Positions 59,593 to 64,000 of a DNA stretch of 64,000 nucleotides are shown one piece after another. Within the stretch, counting starts at the first letter, position 1. Each line of letters opens with the position of its first letter. The translations under genes were made by a program, and so were the position numbers. Source of the DNA: a bacterium (lineage in GTDB: Bacteria > Zhuqueibacterota > Zhuqueibacteria > Residuimicrobiales > Krinioviventaceae); contig CAXXFV010000006.1 in the NCBI GenBank assembly GCA_963674595.2, positions 256,001 to 320,000 on the forward strand, in the 5' to 3' direction. The notes below the pieces were generated by a model. It saw only the letters and a list, made by a program, of their open reading frames with translations, ran no database searches and was not told where the DNA came from.

Positions 59593-60348
59593 ATGAAACG
59601 TAACATCCGGCTTTTGTTTATATCTTTTTGTATAATTTTTTCATTTTATTCTATTGTTTTTGCAGAAAGTGCAATCGGTAATTTAACCTTCATGCTGGGG
59701 AGACCCGTTGATGTGAAGGTGAAACATGCAGGGCAGGAAAAATGGACAAATGCGCAATTAAAAATGAAAATATTTAATCAGGATATTATTAAAACGAGTA
59801 AAGAGGCCAGATGTGAAGTTAAGCTGCTGGATGGAAGTATCATCCGGATAGGTGAGTCATCAGAATTTGAATTTAATCAGGCAAATGTTACAAATTCAAC
59901 CAAAGATGTCAAAGCTGTCATTAAAAAAGGAAAAATTTGGGCTAATCTGAAAAAGATGAAAGGAAAGCAGGAATCTTTTCAAATTAAAACACCGACGGCT
60001 GTTTGTGCTGTTCGTGGAACGATTTATCGAATTGATGCGGGTAAAGAGTCCAAGTTTTTAGTTTATGATGGAATTGTTGACGTAGGTCCCAACACTTTTT
60101 GGGGAAAGACCGTACAAACACCCACAAAAAGCTTAAAACCTGTTGAGGTTCCCGGACCTCACGAGATCCCGCCACCTTATCAGGTCAGCCTTGATGAATG
60201 GGTGAAAATTGTCAAGGGGTACCAAATTATTGTTCGACCAGACGGCAAGTTTGCAAAATCAAAATTTGATGATGATAAAGATAGTCAACTCGATTGGGTA
60301 AAATGGAATAAAAACCTGGATACGCAAGCTAGTAACACAGATCAATAG
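59593..60348 (+). CDS. Secreted FecR-domain protein
   Basis: Signal peptide; D.IKT...RCEV.L.DGS.IRIGE; F.IKTPTAVCAVRGT. Confidence 0.85.
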   Translation: MKRNIRLLFISFCIIFSFYSIVFAESAIGNLTFMLGRPVDVKVKHAGQEKWTNAQLKMKIFNQDIIKTSKEARCEVKLLDGSIIRIGESSEFEFNQANVTNSTKDVKAVIKKGKIWANLKKMKGKQESFQIKTPTAVCAVRGTIYRIDAGKESKFLVYDGIVDVGPNTFWGKTVQTPTKSLKPVEVPGPHEIPPPYQVSLDEWVKIVKGYQIIVRPDGKFAKSKFDDDKDSQLDWVKWNKNLDTQASNTDQ

Positions 60349-60418
60349 ATAAAAATTTTATCTTTATTATTATTTTTAATATTGTTATCTTTTCTCATTA
60401 TTTTGATGATAGTACATA

Positions 60419-61714
60419 ATGATATTCGGACAATATAAATTGAAAATATTAAAAATATCCAAAGGGGGATTTGCAGAAGAACTTGGTTTGTTACCCGGTG
60501 ATGATATAAAATCCATCAACGGCCGCTTGATAAAAGATAATATCGATTTTCAATTTTGGGGAAACGATGACTTGATCGAAATGGTTGTTCAGCGCGGAAA
60601 CGATGAATATTTATATGAAATTGAAGACGGTATAGAAGGTGATTTTGGTGCAGAATTTGACCAAATGAAATATAAATGCTGCGGGAATAAATGCATTTTC
60701 TGTTTTGTCGATCAAAATCCTAAAGAATTGCGTTCATCACTTTATTTTAAAGATGAAGATTATCGTCTGTCATTTCTATATGGTAATTATGTTACGTTAA
60801 CAAATACCTCAAAACAAAATTTAAAACGGATAGCAGAGCAGCGTCTTTCACCACTTTATATTTCGGTCCATGCAATAAATGTTGACGTGCGCAAAAAAAT
60901 GCTGGGCTTGAAAGGCGATGACCATCTTTTGGAAAAAATCAAGTTTTTGTATGAAAACAGAATAGAAATGCACGCCCAGATCGTTCTTTGTCCCGGTATA
61001 AACGATGGCCCAATTTTAAATGAAACTATAAATACATTATCAGAGTTTTATCCTTATGTCAAGACTGTTGCAGTAGTACCGGTTGGTTTGACAAAACATC
61101 GAAAAGATCTGTTTCAAATAAAGCCGGTTGATAAAAAACTGGCTTTAAATATCATTGAATGGTCTGACAAATTGTCTCAAAAATTTTATGGCGAATTTGG
61201 CAGTAATTTTATATATATTGCTGATGAGTTTTATTTAATGTCTGGTCAAAAATTACCTGATGCACAAAGATATGAAGATTTTGCGCAAATTGAAAACGGA
61301 GTTGGTCTGACGCGTGAATTTTTGGGTGAATTTCATAATGATCGGAAAAGTTTTCCCAAAAAAGTAAAACCACAAAAGTGGACCGTGGTAACCGGAGAAA
61401 TGGCATCAACTTTTTTTTCATCAGAAATTATACCGGAATTAAATAAAATAGAAGGGCTGGATGTTCAGTTAAAAGTAATAAAAAATGAATTTTATGGCGG
61501 CGGTGTAACTGTTTCCGGTTTGCTGGTCGGACAGGACATTGCAAGTCAATGCGAAAACAATGATCTGGGTGATGTTTTGATATTACCTCCAAATTGTTTA
61601 AATTATAATCGTTTATTTTTGGACGATTGGGATATTGATAAATTACATGACAAACTTGATGTATTAATTAGACAACCTCAAGTTGGATTTTTGGAACTAT
61701 TAGAAAATATATAA
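60419..61714 (+). CDS. PDZ plus radical-SAM-like DUF512 protein
   Basis: N-terminal PDZ-like segment; CGNKCIFC (CxxxCxxC); KDEDYRLSFL.GNY; PVGLT; ENGVG. Confidence 0.9.
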   Translation: MIFGQYKLKILKISKGGFAEELGLLPGDDIKSINGRLIKDNIDFQFWGNDDLIEMVVQRGNDEYLYEIEDGIEGDFGAEFDQMKYKCCGNKCIFCFVDQNPKELRSSLYFKDEDYRLSFLYGNYVTLTNTSKQNLKRIAEQRLSPLYISVHAINVDVRKKMLGLKGDDHLLEKIKFLYENRIEMHAQIVLCPGINDGPILNETINTLSEFYPYVKTVAVVPVGLTKHRKDLFQIKPVDKKLALNIIEWSDKLSQKFYGEFGSNFIYIADEFYLMSGQKLPDAQRYEDFAQIENGVGLTREFLGEFHNDRKSFPKKVKPQKWTVVTGEMASTFFSSEIIPELNKIEGLDVQLKVIKNEFYGGGVTVSGLLVGQDIASQCENNDLGDVLILPPNCLNYNRLFLDDWDIDKLHDKLDVLIRQPQVGFLELLENI

Positions 61715-61716
61715 TT

Positions 61717-63036
61717 ATGAAAAAACCTATTGTTGCCATAGTCGGCAGACCTAATGTTGGTAAATCAACATTATTTAACAGAATATTACAAAAAAGAGAA
61801 GCTATTGTTGCCGATGTTTCCGGCGTAACCCGTGACCGTCTTTCGGCAACGGCCGAATGGGCCGGTGTTGAATTTGAACTGTTGGATACCGGCGGCTATG
61901 TTCCTTCGTCAGAAGATGTGTTTGAAAAAGCCATCCGTGAGCAGGTTGACTATGCCATCCATGAAGCGGATGTTATTGTTTTTGTAACGGATATTGTAAC
62001 CGGTATTACCTCGATTGATGAAGATGTCGCCAAGATATTAAAACAAAAAAAGGTTAACGTAATTTTAGCCGTTAATAAAGTTGATAACGAGTTACGAGAA
62101 CCTGAGCAGTATGTATTTTTAAAACTTGGTCTTGGTGATCCGGTCCCGGTTTCTGCCATCAGTGGACGCCGAATGGGCGATTTTTTAGACAAAGTAATTG
62201 AACAGTTACCTATAACTGATCAGGTTGAAGAGATTATTGATGAGGATGCTATTCGAATAGCTATCATTGGCAGACCTAACGTTGGCAAATCCTCCTATAT
62301 CAATGCGATCCTCGGCAAAGAAAAACATATCGTCACAGATATTCCGGGAACAACACGTGATGCCGTTGATACCTTGATAAAACGGGAGGATCACAATTTT
62401 ATTCTTGTTGATACAGCGGGTTTACGTCGTAAAGCCCGTGTTAAAGAGAATATTGAATATTTCAGCAATGTTAGGACCATACATGCATTACACCGCTGCG
62501 ATATTGCGATTGTCTTGATCGATGCGACGGATGGAATGACAGACCAGGACAAAAAAATTATTGATACGGCTATCCGTGCCGGCAGGGGAGTGGCACTGGC
62601 TGTGAATAAATGGGACTTGATTAAAAAGGACACCAATACGGCCAGAGAGTTTGAATTGGATTTTAAACAAAATTTTCGTGATATGGCTTATATACCGATC
62701 ATGTTCATATCGGCCCTGGAAAAGCAGCGTATTTTTAAATTGCTGGATTTAGCTGCCGCCATCTATCAGGAAAGGAAAAAACGTATCCAAACTGCTGATT
62801 TGAATAAATTTCTTGAAGATGCTATTGAAAAGAACCACCCGCCGGCTTATGGTGACAAGTATGTAAAGATCAACTATGCTACCCAAACAAAATCGGCCCC
62901 GCCAATGATTACCTTTTTTTCAAATGAACCAAAGGGCATTAAAAAGAACTATAAAAACTATCTTGAAAATTTACTGCGTCAACAATTCGGATTTATGGGA
63001 GTACCGATCAGGCTTCATTTCAGAAAGAAAAACTAG
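61717..63036 (+). CDS. der: Ribosome biogenesis GTPase Der (EngA)
   Basis: Two GRPNVGKS G-domains, DTGG/DTAG, NKVD/NKWD, and a KH-like tail. Confidence 0.98.
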   Translation: MKKPIVAIVGRPNVGKSTLFNRILQKREAIVADVSGVTRDRLSATAEWAGVEFELLDTGGYVPSSEDVFEKAIREQVDYAIHEADVIVFVTDIVTGITSIDEDVAKILKQKKVNVILAVNKVDNELREPEQYVFLKLGLGDPVPVSAISGRRMGDFLDKVIEQLPITDQVEEIIDEDAIRIAIIGRPNVGKSSYINAILGKEKHIVTDIPGTTRDAVDTLIKREDHNFILVDTAGLRRKARVKENIEYFSNVRTIHALHRCDIAIVLIDATDGMTDQDKKIIDTAIRAGRGVALAVNKWDLIKKDTNTAREFELDFKQNFRDMAYIPIMFISALEKQRIFKLLDLAAAIYQERKKRIQTADLNKFLEDAIEKNHPPAYGDKYVKINYATQTKSAPPMITFFSNEPKGIKKNYKNYLENLLRQQFGFMGVPIRLHFRKKN

Positions 63037-63039
63037 ATT

Positions 63040-64000
63040 ATGTCGGCTATTCGTAAATTTAAAATAATATTGGTCCTGCTCACAGGTTGTATGCTTTGGA
63101 ATCAGGCTGCATTTGCCAAACCATACCTTGCCAGTGTTTTAGAACAAGATAAAAATGATGGTGTCATATCATTGGGGATGACTTATTATTACCAGTATCA
63201 GGCCAGAATTGGTAAGATAAATCAATTACCTGAAAAATATCAAACATACTCTGTATCGCCAAATCACTCATTTTCTCTGTTTAAATCAGAGGTTAAATAC
63301 CATTGGTCTGAATTTTCTTTACAGGAACAGCAATTACTCATGCCAATGTTTTGGCGTCCGTCGAGTTCAGAATTACCGTTAACTATCAAGAGTCCTTCGG
63401 GATATTTTTTAATTCATTATACTAACGAAGGTGAAGACGCCGTTTCGCAAGAGTTTTTATCTGCTGCTGCTGAAAACTTTGATCTGACTTATAATTATCT
63501 TGTTAACCAATTGGGCTTTTATCCGCCGCCTGTCGATAATATAGATTCACCTGAATATGATATTTACATCCGTAACCAAAATTCCGGAGATTATGGTAGT
63601 ACAACATCTGAAAGCGCGGATTTATCGACTACGAGAGATGACTATAGCAGTTGGATTGAAATTGACAATGATTTTACCCAAACTTTTACAAAAGGATTGA
63701 ATGGCTTGCGTGTAACGGCAACACATGAATTTTTTCATGCTATTCATTTTGGTTATAAATCATTTACCAATGAACTGGATCGTTTTTTTTTATGAAGCAA
63801 GCGCTACATGGCTGGAAGATCAGTTGCAAGATGATATTAACGATTATCTTCAATATCTTCCGGATATGTTTCAAGCTTTTTATATACCTGTTTACAAACA
63901 TCATTATGCTTTTTGTATTTTTAATAAAATGCTGGAAAAAAAGTATGGTGCGGCTATCATTAAAAGGATGTGGGATGAATTCATTTCTTATCGCTCTTTT
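63040..64000 (+). CDS. Secreted zinc metallopeptidase-like protein (MXAN_6640-like), partial, with a frameshift in a T9 run
   Basis: Signal peptide and HEFFHAIH. Removing one T at 63783-63791 gives RFFYEASATWLED and an open frame to the window end. Confidence 0.75.

Noticed and set aside
1-64000. CRISPR arrays, tRNA/rRNA, integrases, and the remaining short overlapping ORFs in the track
   Set aside because: No regularly spaced repeats, RNA-gene signatures or recombinase motifs were seen by eye. The short ORFs overlap well-supported genes on the opposite strand or in another frame.

Overview
AT-rich bacterial chromosomal window. The gene content is typical of an anaerobic, glycan-degrading diderm (KSB1/Calditrichota/FCB/PVC-like), which is inference only. 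In order it holds: (1) a partial secreted beta-helix (GH141-like) lipoprotein and an AKR/Fe-ADH/AraC module; (2) a lysine-riboswitch-controlled M20-lysC-dapB-dapA-dapD operon; (3) an unusual CPBP-GNAT-PurD-paralog-ATE/Bpt-like-SSS operon; (4) sugar genes (UROD-like, GH38, galM, Zn-dehydrogenase, a frameshifted ABC transporter); (5) a divergent GT2 followed by a ~15 kb cluster of five Tat-exported Gfo/Idh/MocA oxidoreductases, a secreted HEAT protein, a 7-heme cytochrome c, a cytochrome-b-like protein, a discoidin-like protein, a GT-C membrane enzyme and ApbE; (6) a beta-CASP RNase; (7) a PPIase lipoprotein plus a small secreted beta-rich protein enclosed by 17-bp inverted repeats; (8) an epimerase fused to a globin-like domain; (9) SSS-galK-DUF4412-DUF362-DUF1080; (10) an LPP20/TPR-SLH/FlgT/CsgG/FecR envelope operon; and (11) DUF512-der-metallopeptidase. 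No rRNA, tRNA, CRISPR array or transposase was seen. Seven single-base homopolymer frameshifts probably reflect sequencing error. All family calls come from motifs read by eye, not from database searches. The best candidates for undescribed systems are the PurD-paralog/ATE amide-ligase operon, the periplasmic sugar-oxidation/multiheme/glycosylation cluster, and the PPIase/small-protein unit.
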